Translations under genes and position numbers: made by a program
Notes under the pieces: model-generated
What the model was told of the DNA's origin: nothing
What the model saw: only the letters and a program-made list of their open reading frames with translations
The model's database searches: none
UHGV virus genome: UHGV-1374556
Strand: one strand, 5' to 3'
Length of the DNA stretch: 37,445 nucleotides
Source: a virus
In this document: piece after piece, positions 8,432 to 16,887 of the stretch
Position numbering within the stretch: position 1 is the stretch's first letter
Layout of the letters: the number at the start of each line of letters is the position of its first letter

Positions 8432-8667
8432 TGTGTATATCAGTGGAGCAGCACAACCGGATGATTGAAAGCTATGACAAAGCCATGGAAGAGTTACAGG
8501 AGCTTAGAGAGCTGCTACAGATGACCCCGGGCGACGTGGACGAAGTTGCACCGATGCAACCAAAGGGCCGTCTTAGGGACATTATGGATACCCTTATGTC
8601 GGCTAACGATGAAACCTTGAAGGAAGTTTACTATTTCGTCCAAGGTTATGCAGGGAGGACATATTGA
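8419..8667 (+). CDS. Hypothetical protein
   Basis: 82 aa. AAGGAG RBS, spacing 8. Confidence 0.55.
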   Translation: MQRMMCISVEQHNRMIESYDKAMEELQELRELLQMTPGDVDEVAPMQPKGRLRDIMDTLMSANDETLKEVYYFVQGYAGRTY

Positions 8668-8668
8668 T

Positions 8669-8770
8669 ATGGATGATTGCAAACAGAGGATTATTGGATT
8701 AATAAACGGCGCACAGGATGATGAGAAGCTGGAACTGATACTTCGGTTTATCAGAAGGCTGTTAAATTAA
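8669..8770 (+). CDS. Hypothetical small protein (33 aa)
   Basis: GGAGG RBS about 10 nt upstream. Tight packing with its neighbours. Confidence 0.3.
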   Translation: MDDCKQRIIGLINGAQDDEKLELILRFIRRLLN

Positions 8771-8783
8771 GGAGGCGAAGAGC

Positions 8784-8951
8784 ATGGAAAGGAACGAAGA
8801 TAACAGGGCATCCATGTATCGGAGGGAGATTTTACGTCTTTTACGGTTTCTGTGGAAACAGCAGGACTTAAGGATGTGGCAGCAGATATACACGGTCATC
8901 CACTGTTTCTGCAATATGAAAGGGGTGGAGAAACATGACGGAAGAAGATAG
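8784..8951 (+). CDS. Hypothetical small protein (55 aa)
   Basis: GGAGG RBS, spacing 8. Confidence 0.4.
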   Translation: MERNEDNRASMYRREILRLLRFLWKQQDLRMWQQIYTVIHCFCNMKGVEKHDGRR

Positions 8952-9111
8952 AAAAGGAGTTGCCCGGGAATGCAGGAAAAGCATTATGAGCGCATTAAAG
9001 GATGTTGATGACCTTAAATTCCTGCGGCGAATCTACATAAGCATATTGGTTGCTAAAAATGGAAAGGTGGGTGACTGCCATGACAAACGAGCAGCTTGTA
9101 GCACAGATTAA
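8935..9111 (+). CDS. Hypothetical small protein (58 aa)
   Basis: GGTGGAG RBS. Overlaps the sigma-factor start by 32 nt. Confidence 0.3.
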   Translation: MTEEDRKGVARECRKSIMSALKDVDDLKFLRRIYISILVAKNGKVGDCHDKRAACSTD

Positions 9112-10045
9112 GGCCGGAGAGGATGTACAGAAGAACATGGAACAGCTTTATCTGCAGGTGAGGGACTACATTCATTCTGTGGCCATGAAGTACTGTAACA
9201 GCGGAGAGGTGGAGGACCTGGAGCAGGAAGGGTACCTGGCTCTGCATGCAGCCATTGAAAAGTATGACCCTGGCCAGGGTTTTAAATTCCTGACTTATGC
9301 AGCGTATTACATCCGGCAGGGGATGCAGCGTTACCTGCAGGTGAATGGGAGCTGCCTGCGTCTGCCGGTCCATTGCCAGGAGAAGATACAGAGGTACAAC
9401 CGGTTTTGTCAATCGTTCAAGATGGAGCATGGCAGGAAACCCACGGATACTGAGATTGCAGCAGGGCTGGACCTTATTTTGGAGCAGGTATGGGAAATCA
9501 AGGAGAATGCCCGGGCAATTCACCTGGGCAGCCTGGATGCTCCAGTTATGGGGATAGAAGGCGGTGAGGATGCCACCGTGGGAGAATTGACTGGAGATGA
9601 TACGGATGTAGAGGGAGAGGTTGTAGAACAGATCCAGGACGGGCAGCTTAAGGATATATTGTGGGGATGTGTGGATGCTCTCCCGGACCGGCAGCCGGAG
9701 GTGATACGGAAACGGTATCAGCAGGACATGACCCTGGCTGAAATCGGAAAAACATATGGAGTCACTGCAGAGGCAGTAAGGCAGACACATGCGAAAGCAT
9801 TGCGGGAATTACGGAAACCCAGAGCCGCCAAGCAGCTGCGCCCATTTCTTCCGGGAGTGGGAATCTATGAAGGCGGCATTGATAGCTTTAACAGGACGTG
9901 GACCAGCAGTACCGAAAGGGCAGCACTCAGTATGGCTGAGTCCATGGAGATAGAGGAACGAAGGCGGGAGAAACACATGGAGCTGCTGGATAAAATAAGG
10001 GCGAAAGTTGCGATATCGCAACAGAAGGGAGAACAACATGAATAA
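9080..10045 (+). CDS. Phage-encoded sigma-70 family RNA polymerase sigma factor with a roughly 70-aa C-terminal extension
   Basis: Region 2 EDLEQEGYLALHAAIEKYDPGQGFKFLTYAAYYIRQGMQRYL. Region 4 MTLAEIGKTYGVTAEAVRQTHAKALRELRK. Start at MTNEQ with AAAGGTGGGTG RBS. Confidence 0.85.
   Translation: MTNEQLVAQIKAGEDVQKNMEQLYLQVRDYIHSVAMKYCNSGEVEDLEQEGYLALHAAIEKYDPGQGFKFLTYAAYYIRQGMQRYLQVNGSCLRLPVHCQEKIQRYNRFCQSFKMEHGRKPTDTEIAAGLDLILEQVWEIKENARAIHLGSLDAPVMGIEGGEDATVGELTGDDTDVEGEVVEQIQDGQLKDILWGCVDALPDRQPEVIRKRYQQDMTLAEIGKTYGVTAEAVRQTHAKALRELRKPRAAKQLRPFLPGVGIYEGGIDSFNRTWTSSTERAALSMAESMEIEERRREKHMELLDKIRAKVAISQQKGEQHE
10007..10022. promoter_or_regulatory. Palindrome GTTGCGATATCGCAAC, copy 2 of 4
   Basis: Lies inside the 3' end of the sigma-factor gene, encoding VAISQQ. 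It is 15 nt upstream of the next start codon (10038), directly 5' of its RBS GAAGGGAGA. Confidence 0.7.
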
Positions 10046-10403
10046 AGAAGAGATAAAGAAAATTGTGGTGGACTATATAAACAAGAATGAATCGGCCAGC
10101 TATGCGGAACTGCAGTGGCTGTTTGAGGAGAAGGGCTATGACTACAAAGGAGAACTGCTGTCCTGTTCGGATGTCTGCGAACATGTGGTGTTCTGGAGTG
10201 GCTGGAATGCGGAAGCCTTTGACCTGATGACGGAGCTGTTGCATGAGGAAGTGGTCCACCGGGAGCCGGCACATCCCTTGCGGTATCTTTTAGATGGGGC
10301 CGGGCTTACCCTGCCAAAAGTACAGCGCGCGGTGCAGTATAAGACGGATCACTGGGCGCCGGTGGTGTTTATAAAGGGGCAAGATTCGAGGGCGGCAGAA
10401 TGA
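10038..10403 (+). CDS. Hypothetical protein
   Basis: Start at MNKEEIKK with GGGAGA RBS. 121 aa. Confidence 0.55.
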   Translation: MNKEEIKKIVVDYINKNESASYAELQWLFEEKGYDYKGELLSCSDVCEHVVFWSGWNAEAFDLMTELLHEEVVHREPAHPLRYLLDGAGLTLPKVQRAVQYKTDHWAPVVFIKGQDSRAAE

Positions 10404-10597
10404 GGTGTAAATTTTGTGGGGCTGACATGAGGGCCGTTACCTATAATTCGGATGGATATAGTGAAAGGTTGGTTGTTCTGGATGATTACAACCCCGATTC
10501 CGGCCGATATGAAATGATTGGAAAGGTTATATACTGCCCTGAATGTGGAAACCTGCAGGTGGAATTACAAAGAACGATGGAGTTGTGTAAAAAGTAG
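10400..10597 (+). CDS. Small zinc-ribbon protein
   Basis: 65 aa with CxxC...CxxC (CKFCG...CPECG). ATGA overlap with the upstream gene. Confidence 0.5.
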   Translation: MRCKFCGADMRAVTYNSDGYSERLVVLDDYNPDSGRYEMIGKVIYCPECGNLQVELQRTMELCKK

Positions 10598-10623
10598 TTA
10601 AGATTTTAAGGAGGCGTAATAGC

Positions 10624-10953
10624 ATGTATGCAATTGAAGAAAAAAGAAGAGTTCTGGAAGATGGAACGGAAATCGTTACTTATAGTCGTGATATCTATAA
10701 TGCCAACGTATTAGAAGTGGAAGCTGGTACAACCGGTTATAAGGGAGGTGACACCGGTCACGGTGGACGTACCTATTTCCGAATTAAGGATGCCGGAAGT
10801 ACAGACATTAATGTGCGTACCATTACTGATAGATATAGATATTCTGGTTTCGAGGTCACCCTTGGCGGGGACTGCGAATTGGAAACCATCATTCAGGCAT
10901 TAAAATTTATTACCAAGGTTCTGGAGGATGGAGCAAACGAGGTACACGACTGA
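10624..10953 (+). CDS. Hypothetical protein
   Basis: 109 aa. AAGGAGG RBS, spacing 9. Confidence 0.55.
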   Translation: MYAIEEKRRVLEDGTEIVTYSRDIYNANVLEVEAGTTGYKGGDTGHGGRTYFRIKDAGSTDINVRTITDRYRYSGFEVTLGGDCELETIIQALKFITKVLEDGANEVHD

Positions 10954-10960
10954 TATTTTA

Positions 10961-11032
10961 AATTTGAGAGGTACCCTGAAATTTTGAGAGACCTTTTCAG
11001 GGGTGCGAAAATTTTCACACCCCTTTGAGAAC
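10961..11032. promoter_or_regulatory. Three TTTGAGA repeats in helical phase plus an embedded 26-bp palindrome
   Basis: TTTGAGAG at 10964 and 10984, TTTGAGAA at 11025, spaced 20 and 41 bp. Palindrome AGGGGTGCGAAAATTTTCACACCCCT at 10999-11024 with one mismatch pair. Confidence 0.45.
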
Positions 11033-11135
11033 AATGTAACGGCGCAAGCCTTTACATACAGCAGCTGGTTAATTCAAACCCAACACATGCTTATAATATG
11101 TCACGGTATGAATGCATGAGGTGTTGGACTCACAG

Positions 11136-11173
11136 GGCGGAGCTTGCTGACTATCCTCCGCCCGGGAAGGAGG
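11136..11173 (+). promoter_or_regulatory. 5'-leader hairpin GGGCGGAG-N13-CTCCGCCC abutting the RBS, with a CCTCC anti-SD-like element
   Basis: 8-bp GC stem at 11136-11164. The 3' arm contains CCTCC, which could alternatively pair with the GGAGG SD at 11169-11173. A TATAAT -10 box lies at 11092-11097 upstream. Confidence 0.4.
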
Positions 11174-11179
11174 CTTTAA

Positions 11180-11617
11180 GTGGAACATAGATTAGAAATG
11201 CTATTAAGATTTGAAAATTATAGACAGTATTATCAAATGTGCTCCTTGTGGGCATCTGTGTTTGAGAGCAGAAACATAGAATGGATATACTGTCCTGAGA
11301 GCGATAAAGAAAATGGGATATGGCAAGGCGCAGATTTTTATTTCCCAGAACAGGATACATATTTTGTGGTGGACCAAAGGCGTCCGGGAGGCGGAAAAGG
11401 GCGCATCGGATGCAGAAGCATGTCAAAGAAAACCGGGAAGATGATTGTCATGGGCAATAGCCAGGGCAGTTTTAAGATATTTGAGGGTGGCTTTCGTTCC
11501 AGGAGCATGAGGCCTGGCTGTGTCAATGTAAGACCTGTGGGCAGTATTTCTTTACAAACATACAAGGGGACTATTCATGTAAAATTTGCGGGAGACACGA
11601 TGGAAGGCACCATCTGA
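11180..11617 (+). CDS. Hypothetical protein, first gene of the replication operon
   Basis: 145 aa. GTG start 6 nt after GGAAGGAGG. An alternative ATG start lies at 11198. Confidence 0.5.
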   Translation: MEHRLEMLLRFENYRQYYQMCSLWASVFESRNIEWIYCPESDKENGIWQGADFYFPEQDTYFVVDQRRPGGGKGRIGCRSMSKKTGKMIVMGNSQGSFKIFEGGFRSRSMRPGCVNVRPVGSISLQTYKGTIHVKFAGDTMEGTI

Positions 11618-11676
11618 AACAGATAATATTTGGAAGTGACAGCTTGTTTTAATATATGACGAAAGGAGTAGGCATC

Positions 11677-11838
11677 GTGTTGATACAGGTCAAGATTGTA
11701 GGGAATGGAAACAGTCTCATATTTGACTGCGACCTCAATGACTATGGTCACCTCATATGGCTCCTGGAAATGGCCTGGGAAAGGGATTATGACATTTATA
11801 TTCGCGAAGTCAGGCCGGGTGATTCAGATGAGCAATGA
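11677..11838 (+). CDS. Hypothetical small protein
   Basis: AAAGGAG RBS, spacing 8, to a GTG start. The frame stays open back to 11656. Confidence 0.35.
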   Translation: MLIQVKIVGNGNSLIFDCDLNDYGHLIWLLEMAWERDYDIYIREVRPGDSDEQ

Positions 11839-12589
11839 AGATAAAAATTGGGTGAAGGTGAATAGGACAGTTCAAAGTCACTGGGTATGGATGGACAAGC
11901 CTTTTTCAAGAGGGCAGGCCTGGATTGATTTGATACTGCTGGCGCAGCATCAGGATGGCACTTTTACAGACAGACGAGGAAATCTCATTGACGGAAAGCG
12001 CGGCTGCGTATACCGGAGCGAGCGTTTTTTGGCCGAAAGATGGGGATGGAGCCGGAAAAAGTTAGCTAACTATCTATTGCGGTTAGAACAGGATAACATG
12101 ATAGAAGTGGACAAAAAGAGAGCCAGTGAAAGAACCACCATTTTCATCGTAAATTATGAGACTTTTCAGGGTAAAGGGGCCAGTAAAGGAGCCAGTGGGG
12201 AGCCAGTGGGGAACCAGTCGGGAGCCAGTGGGGAACCAGTCGGGAACATAAACAAGAATGTAAAGAAGGATAAGAATGTAAAGAAGGATAAAGAAAATAA
12301 ATATCCCGCGCTTTTTGAATCTTTTTGGGGAGTGTATCCGAGAAAGAAGGAGAAAGCAAAAGCCTTTAAGTGTTTTCAAACCAGAGTCAACGAAGGATGC
12401 AGTGAGGCGGCTCTTATAGAAGCGGCAAAGGCCTATGCAGAGGAATGTGATGCACAAAGGCAGGAGGAAAGGTTTATTAAGTATCCGGCCACATTTTTGG
12501 GACCCAATAGGCCGTACGAAGATTATTTATTGCGAGAAGGCAAAGAGGCGGTCCCGACAACAACGAAAGATGGGAGGATCCTGCAATGA
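11828..12589 (+). CDS. Replisome organiser / replication initiator-like protein (DnaD-like winged-helix N-domain) with a repeat-encoded linker
   Basis: Start at MSNEDKNW overlapping the upstream stop. N-domain WVWMDKPFSRGQAWIDLILLAQ...YRSERFLAERWGWSRKKLANYL. Linker GASGEPVGN x2 and NVKKDK x2 encoded by tandem DNA repeats. Confidence 0.6.
   Translation: MSNEDKNWVKVNRTVQSHWVWMDKPFSRGQAWIDLILLAQHQDGTFTDRRGNLIDGKRGCVYRSERFLAERWGWSRKKLANYLLRLEQDNMIEVDKKRASERTTIFIVNYETFQGKGASKGASGEPVGNQSGASGEPVGNINKNVKKDKNVKKDKENKYPALFESFWGVYPRKKEKAKAFKCFQTRVNEGCSEAALIEAAKAYAEECDAQRQEERFIKYPATFLGPNRPYEDYLLREGKEAVPTTTKDGRILQ
12178..12292. repeat. Tandem direct repeats inside the replisome-organiser gene (putative ori iterons)
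   Basis: AGCCAGTGGGGAACCAGTCGGG, 22 bp x2, at 12201-12244, with partial copies from 12178. AATGTAAAGAAGGATAAG, 18 bp x2, at 12257-12292. Confidence 0.5.
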
Positions 12590-14640
12590 AATTTGATGAG
12601 AATGAAATCCGAAAAGCCATCTCCATCATGAAACCAAAAAACAGCCTTTTTGAAATCCGGGTCATTGCCGCAGGAGGCGGGAATGCAAGCGGTTATTTCC
12701 GCGACGCGGATACCTGTATTAATGCAATGCGGGGAATCCGCATGGATGGAAACAGCAATGTATATATCACACTGAATGGAATTAAGGATGAATGCCATTC
12801 CAGGCAGCAGAGAAATTGTTTTGTGCGCAATGCAAAACCTAACACATCTGATTCGGATATCTATTGTTTTGATTGGCTGATGGTGGACATGGATCCGGTC
12901 CGCGCAGCCGGCACGTCATCCAGCGAGGAGCAGATTGACTATGCGAAAGAAAAATGTAATGAGGTCTATGCCTTTATGAAACGGACCGGATTTGATGATC
13001 CGATTGTGGCTTTTAGCGGGAATGGGGCACACCTCCTGTATAGTATCGGCCTGGCAATGAATGATGAGAACAAGCAGCTGGTGAAGGACTGCCTGGCGGT
13101 ACTGTCCCTATTCTTTTCTGACGACAAGGTTGACATTGACACGGCCAACTTCAATCCGGCCAGGGTGTGCAAGCTGTATGGTACTCTGGCGCAGAAAGGG
13201 GCCAATACACCGGAGCGGCCGCACAGGATGAGTTATATCGTGCAGGCGCCGGAGAATCCAAAACAGAATGACAAGGCACTGCTGCAGAAACTGGCAGGCT
13301 ACCTGCCGGTCCCGGACAAGCCGCAGGGCTACAACCGGTTTAATCCCAGGGAGTTTGACCTGGACCAGTGGCTGGATGAGCATGGCCTGCATTACACCAA
13401 AGCCAGTTATGGCAGCGGAACCAAGTACATACTGGAGCATTGCCCCTTTGATGAAAACCATACAGGGAAGGATGCCTGTATATTCAAGATGTCTAACGGC
13501 GCCATTGGGTTCCACTGTTTCCACAACTCCTGCGCAGACAGGACCTGGCAGGATGTCCGCAGGATGTTTGAACCGGACGCCTATGACCGGCAGTATGTGA
13601 GGGAGGAGAGGCGGCCAAACTACCAGAACCCCAATTATGTGGTGGAGAAAAAGACGGAAATCAAAATGGTTGATGGCCAGCCGGTATTCTTTACCACGGA
13701 ACAGATCCGACTTATGGAGGAGCCGCCGGAAGAATTTATCAAGACCGGGGTCGATGTGATAGATCAGAAGATGCGCGGGCTTAAGAAAGGGTTTGTCACT
13801 TGTCTGAGTGGACTGAGGGCTGCGGGGAAGTCCAGCATCATCTCTCAGATAACGGTTGAGGCTTCCCAGCAGGGATACCGGACGGCACTATTCAGCGGGG
13901 AGCTTAAGCCTAAGAACCTGCTGAAATGGCTCCTTCTGCAGGCTGCCGGGAAGATGTATGTGAAAGAAACCCAGTATGATAATTATTATGTGGTACCGGA
14001 ACCTTATGACGAGGTTATATCCAAATGGCTGGATGAAAAAGTGTACGTCTATAACAACTATTACGGCAATGAGTTCAGTTCCATCATGGAGCAGATACGC
14101 AAGTGTGTTGTGGAGCATAAGGTTGACCTTATAATTCTGGATAACATGATGGCGCTGAACCTGATGGAGATGGGCAGCGACAAGTACCAGCAGCAGAGCC
14201 ATTTTGTGGAATGCCTGGAGAATTTTGCAAAGGCTGCAAATGTCCATATCCTGTTCGTGGCACATCCCAGGAAGTCCGTTGGATTCCTTCGGCTGGATGA
14301 TGTGTCCGGAAGCAATGACATCGTGAACCGTGTGGATAATGCTTTTATTCTGCACAGGGTCAACAATGACTTCAAGCGATTGACAAAATGCATGTTCAAG
14401 TGGAAGGATGACAACCTACTGTATCAGTCCACCAATGTGATTGAAATATGCAAGGACCGCGATGGCGGCGTACAGGATGAGTTTATCCCGCTATTCTTTG
14501 AGGCTTGCACGAAGCGTCTTAGGAACAGCCCGGGGGAGAATAAGATATACCCATGGAAGGAAGAAATGGCGAAACTATTTGGAAATGATACCGGGAAGTT
14601 TGAGTCTGTACCTTTAGGTGAGGAGCTACCGTTTAGTTAA
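12586..14640 (+). CDS. Bifunctional primase-polymerase (AEP-type) / DnaB-like helicase fusion protein
   Basis: 684 aa. DWLMVDMDP acidic AEP motif. Zinc motif CPFDENHTG...HCFHNSC. Walker A GLRAAGKSS, Walker B LIILDNMM and HILFVAHPRK in the C-terminal half. ATGA overlap and GGGAGG RBS. Confidence 0.7.
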   Translation: MKFDENEIRKAISIMKPKNSLFEIRVIAAGGGNASGYFRDADTCINAMRGIRMDGNSNVYITLNGIKDECHSRQQRNCFVRNAKPNTSDSDIYCFDWLMVDMDPVRAAGTSSSEEQIDYAKEKCNEVYAFMKRTGFDDPIVAFSGNGAHLLYSIGLAMNDENKQLVKDCLAVLSLFFSDDKVDIDTANFNPARVCKLYGTLAQKGANTPERPHRMSYIVQAPENPKQNDKALLQKLAGYLPVPDKPQGYNRFNPREFDLDQWLDEHGLHYTKASYGSGTKYILEHCPFDENHTGKDACIFKMSNGAIGFHCFHNSCADRTWQDVRRMFEPDAYDRQYVREERRPNYQNPNYVVEKKTEIKMVDGQPVFFTTEQIRLMEEPPEEFIKTGVDVIDQKMRGLKKGFVTCLSGLRAAGKSSIISQITVEASQQGYRTALFSGELKPKNLLKWLLLQAAGKMYVKETQYDNYYVVPEPYDEVISKWLDEKVYVYNNYYGNEFSSIMEQIRKCVVEHKVDLIILDNMMALNLMEMGSDKYQQQSHFVECLENFAKAANVHILFVAHPRKSVGFLRLDDVSGSNDIVNRVDNAFILHRVNNDFKRLTKCMFKWKDDNLLYQSTNVIEICKDRDGGVQDEFIPLFFEACTKRLRNSPGENKIYPWKEEMAKLFGNDTGKFESVPLGEELPFS

Positions 14641-14649
14641 GGAGGATGC

Positions 14650-15066
14650 ATGGATAACGATAAGGTCAAAGGGATTTTTTGGAAGAGTTATAACTGGTTC
14701 TGGAATAAGTGGAAGGATGCGATGTTGCCCAGGGAATCAGACAAATGGGACGCGGTGGTAAAGGATGCCAAAGAGGTTATGTGTGAATATGACTGCCGAA
14801 TGTGCAAGAAGATTATTCTGGCCCTGCTGACAGAGCTTGAAGAGCGGAGTTGGGGAAATGGAGGGGATAATGTGAGAGCGTATAAGGTATCGAAGGAATC
14901 GGAACTGACCGTGGAAGAAAAACTTGAGGTGGTCAGGGGCTATGGAGTAGCTGACCTGTTATATGTGATAAGGGAATTTGAGGAGAATCCGGGTAAGTAC
15001 GAACCAGAAGTGATTAAATTGATTGTGCAGCAGCTCACGGATAAGGGCATTATGTTGATGTATTGA
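14650..15066 (+). CDS. Hypothetical protein
   Basis: 138 aa. AAGGAGG RBS. Confidence 0.55.
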   Translation: MDNDKVKGIFWKSYNWFWNKWKDAMLPRESDKWDAVVKDAKEVMCEYDCRMCKKIILALLTELEERSWGNGGDNVRAYKVSKESELTVEEKLEVVRGYGVADLLYVIREFEENPGKYEPEVIKLIVQQLTDKGIMLMY

Positions 15067-15073
15067 GAGGGGG

Positions 15074-15352
15074 ATGTTTTTGAGGCAGATATATTATAAC
15101 GTATATGACTACGGGCGCCTTGTTGGTTCGTATGCGACCATGGATATACAGACTATGCTTCATTGCGGCCGGCAGGTACCTGAACACTGCGCTGCAGACG
15201 GAAAAGCATACCGGGGCAGATATACATTCAAGCGGTTAGGTGACTATGGGGATGTTAAATCCGGCAATTTGGCGGCTGAATGGGACAAGGTGAGATTTCA
15301 GATTCTGCATGGAGCTGGACACGGCATGGGAACAAAAGAGACTACGGGTTAA
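15074..15352 (+). CDS. Hypothetical protein
   Basis: 92-aa ORF. Start codon uncertain (ATG 15074 or TTG 15080). Confidence 0.4.
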   Translation: MFLRQIYYNVYDYGRLVGSYATMDIQTMLHCGRQVPEHCAADGKAYRGRYTFKRLGDYGDVKSGNLAAEWDKVRFQILHGAGHGMGTKETTG

Positions 15353-15357
15353 AGAAA

Positions 15358-15573
15358 GGAATGGGTAACATGAAGAAAATAAATAGAATCGTGATGGTAC
15401 AGAGTATGGTAAACACCCTGGTGGACAGCATCAAGGAATATGAGACTTTTGAGAACAAGAACGGATATCCGCCTATGTATTGCAACACCGAACAGTACAA
15501 TACAAAGGAATCCATCAAGAGACGGATTGTGCAGGCCAGGGCGGAGTTGAACCAGCTGGCCAAGGAGCTGTAA
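15358..15573 (+). CDS. Hypothetical protein
   Basis: 71 aa from MGNMKKINR. The frame is open back to 15280. Confidence 0.4.
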   Translation, partial: GMGNMKKINRIVMVQSMVNTLVDSIKEYETFENKNGYPPMYCNTEQYNTKESIKRRIVQARAELNQLAKEL

Positions 15574-15586
15574 GGAGGCAAAGACG

Positions 15587-15784
15587 ATGAATGAATTTGG
15601 ACAAAGACTCTCTGAGTTGATGAAGAAAAATCAAATGTCAGCATATCGGTTGGCTAAGGAGTTGGATATTCACCAGACTACGATAAAAAATTGGCGTGAA
15701 GGCAAGTGCGAACCTATGGCAAGTCATATAGTGAGCATTGCAATAATATTCAACGTTACATGTGATTATTTGTTAGGGAGGTAA
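15587..15784 (+). CDS. XRE-family HTH regulator
   Basis: 65 aa. HTH MSAYRLAKELDIHQTTIKNWREG. Confidence 0.7.
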   Translation: MNEFGQRLSELMKKNQMSAYRLAKELDIHQTTIKNWREGKCEPMASHIVSIAIIFNVTCDYLLGR

Positions 15785-15789
15785 TCGAA

Positions 15790-16209
15790 TTGGAATTGAC
15801 AGAAAATGAAAAGAAGAAGGAGTTCCTGATGTCCTATCAGAAGGAGAAGCGGCGGGTCCGGCGTTTGGAAGAGCAGTTGGAAGAACTGAGGCGGAATAAA
15901 ATGTCTCCTTCTGTCACCAATGACGGGATGCCTCATGGTACGGATAAGAAGGATTTGTCTGATTACGCAGTGAAGGTGGACGAGATAGAGCAGGAACTGG
16001 TTGCAGCCCGGTACTGCCGGATATGTGCATTTCAGGAGGTACAGAAGCGGATTGAGGCTATGGAGGATGAGAGAGAAAAGGATTTGCTTACATACCGGTA
16101 TCTTAAGGGGCTTAAATGGGAAGAGGTTGCTGTACGAATGGGATATAGCTGGAGGAAAATACACTATCTACATAGTGATGCCTTGGAGCATTTTGAAATT
16201 TGTGCATAG
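15790..16209 (+). CDS. DUF1492 / ArpU-RinA-like late transcriptional regulator (sigma-70 region-4-like)
   Basis: Motif SPSVTNDGMPHG...VDEIEQEL...YRYLKGLKWEEVAVRMGYSWRKIHYLHSDALEHF matches the DUF1492 pattern. Sits upstream of the packaging genes. TTG start with GGGAGG RBS. An alternative ATG at 15829 has an AAGGAG RBS. Confidence 0.65.
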   Translation: MELTENEKKKEFLMSYQKEKRRVRRLEEQLEELRRNKMSPSVTNDGMPHGTDKKDLSDYAVKVDEIEQELVAARYCRICAFQEVQKRIEAMEDEREKDLLTYRYLKGLKWEEVAVRMGYSWRKIHYLHSDALEHFEICA

Positions 16210-16388
16210 AAGTGCACAGTCAATCTGTGTTATAATGTATGAAAAGAAGTGGGCCTACCGGAAACGGCGGGCCTTCTTCCTTTTCCTCTTGGGTGAAATT
16301 CAGACCAGCGAGGAATCCATTCCAGTGCGGGGGCTTTTCTTTTGCCGAAATTTGGTGTAAGATATAAAAAAGCGTGGAGGGTGTATTT

Positions 16389-16883
16389 ATGGAGAGTATA
16401 GCAAGTGGAAGTAATGCAATTTCTGTAACAATAAATTCGTCTAATAGTATATTTTGGACTATCATCTCAGGTGTATTAATATTTATATTAGGACAAATTT
16501 TTGTTGAGGCCATACTGAAGCCACACAAAAGATTTAAAGAACTTAAAGCAAAAATTTCATATTCATTAGTTTTGTATGGAAATATTTACAGTAGCCCGTT
16601 GATAAGAGAGATGAGTAGTGTGGCTGAATTAGGAGAATATGAAGCAGTTGGGAGTGAACTAAGGAAATTGGCATCAGAGCTGACAGGATATCTTGAAGAA
16701 AGGTGGTCAGTGACAGGAAAAGTAAACTCCAATAATATATCAAAGGCGGCTAGTGCATTAATAGGACTATCAAATACTTTAATAGTAAGTGAATGTCATG
16801 TAGATAGGGCGCGTGAAAATAACAGTAGAAGAGTAGAAATCATAAAAGAATCGTTGAAAATACAAAGAAAGATTGAAGTTTAG
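16389..16883 (+). CDS. AT-rich moron: single-pass membrane protein of unknown function
   Basis: 164 aa from MESIASG with GGAGGG RBS. TM helix FWTIISGVLIFILGQIFV. Markedly AT-rich versus its flanks. Its own terminator lies immediately downstream. Confidence 0.65.
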   Translation: MESIASGSNAISVTINSSNSIFWTIISGVLIFILGQIFVEAILKPHKRFKELKAKISYSLVLYGNIYSSPLIREMSSVAELGEYEAVGSELRKLASELTGYLEERWSVTGKVNSNNISKAASALIGLSNTLIVSECHVDRARENNSRRVEIIKESLKIQRKIEV

Positions 16884-16887
16884 ATTA

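Noticed and set aside
9053-9790. 245-aa minus-strand ORF
   Set aside because: Entirely antisense to the well-supported sigma-factor gene. No RBS or motif. Artefact of GC-rich coding sequence.
12178-12292. CRISPR-like array
   Set aside because: Only two or three copies, contiguous without spacers, and inside a coding region. These are tandem iteron or linker repeats, not CRISPR.
16238-16290. Clean rho-independent terminator after the DUF1492 gene
   Set aside because: The hairpin AAGAAGTGGGCCTACCGGAAACGGCGGGCCTTCTT is imperfect, with a bulge and an internal loop. It is retained only as a possible weak terminator within the moron finding.
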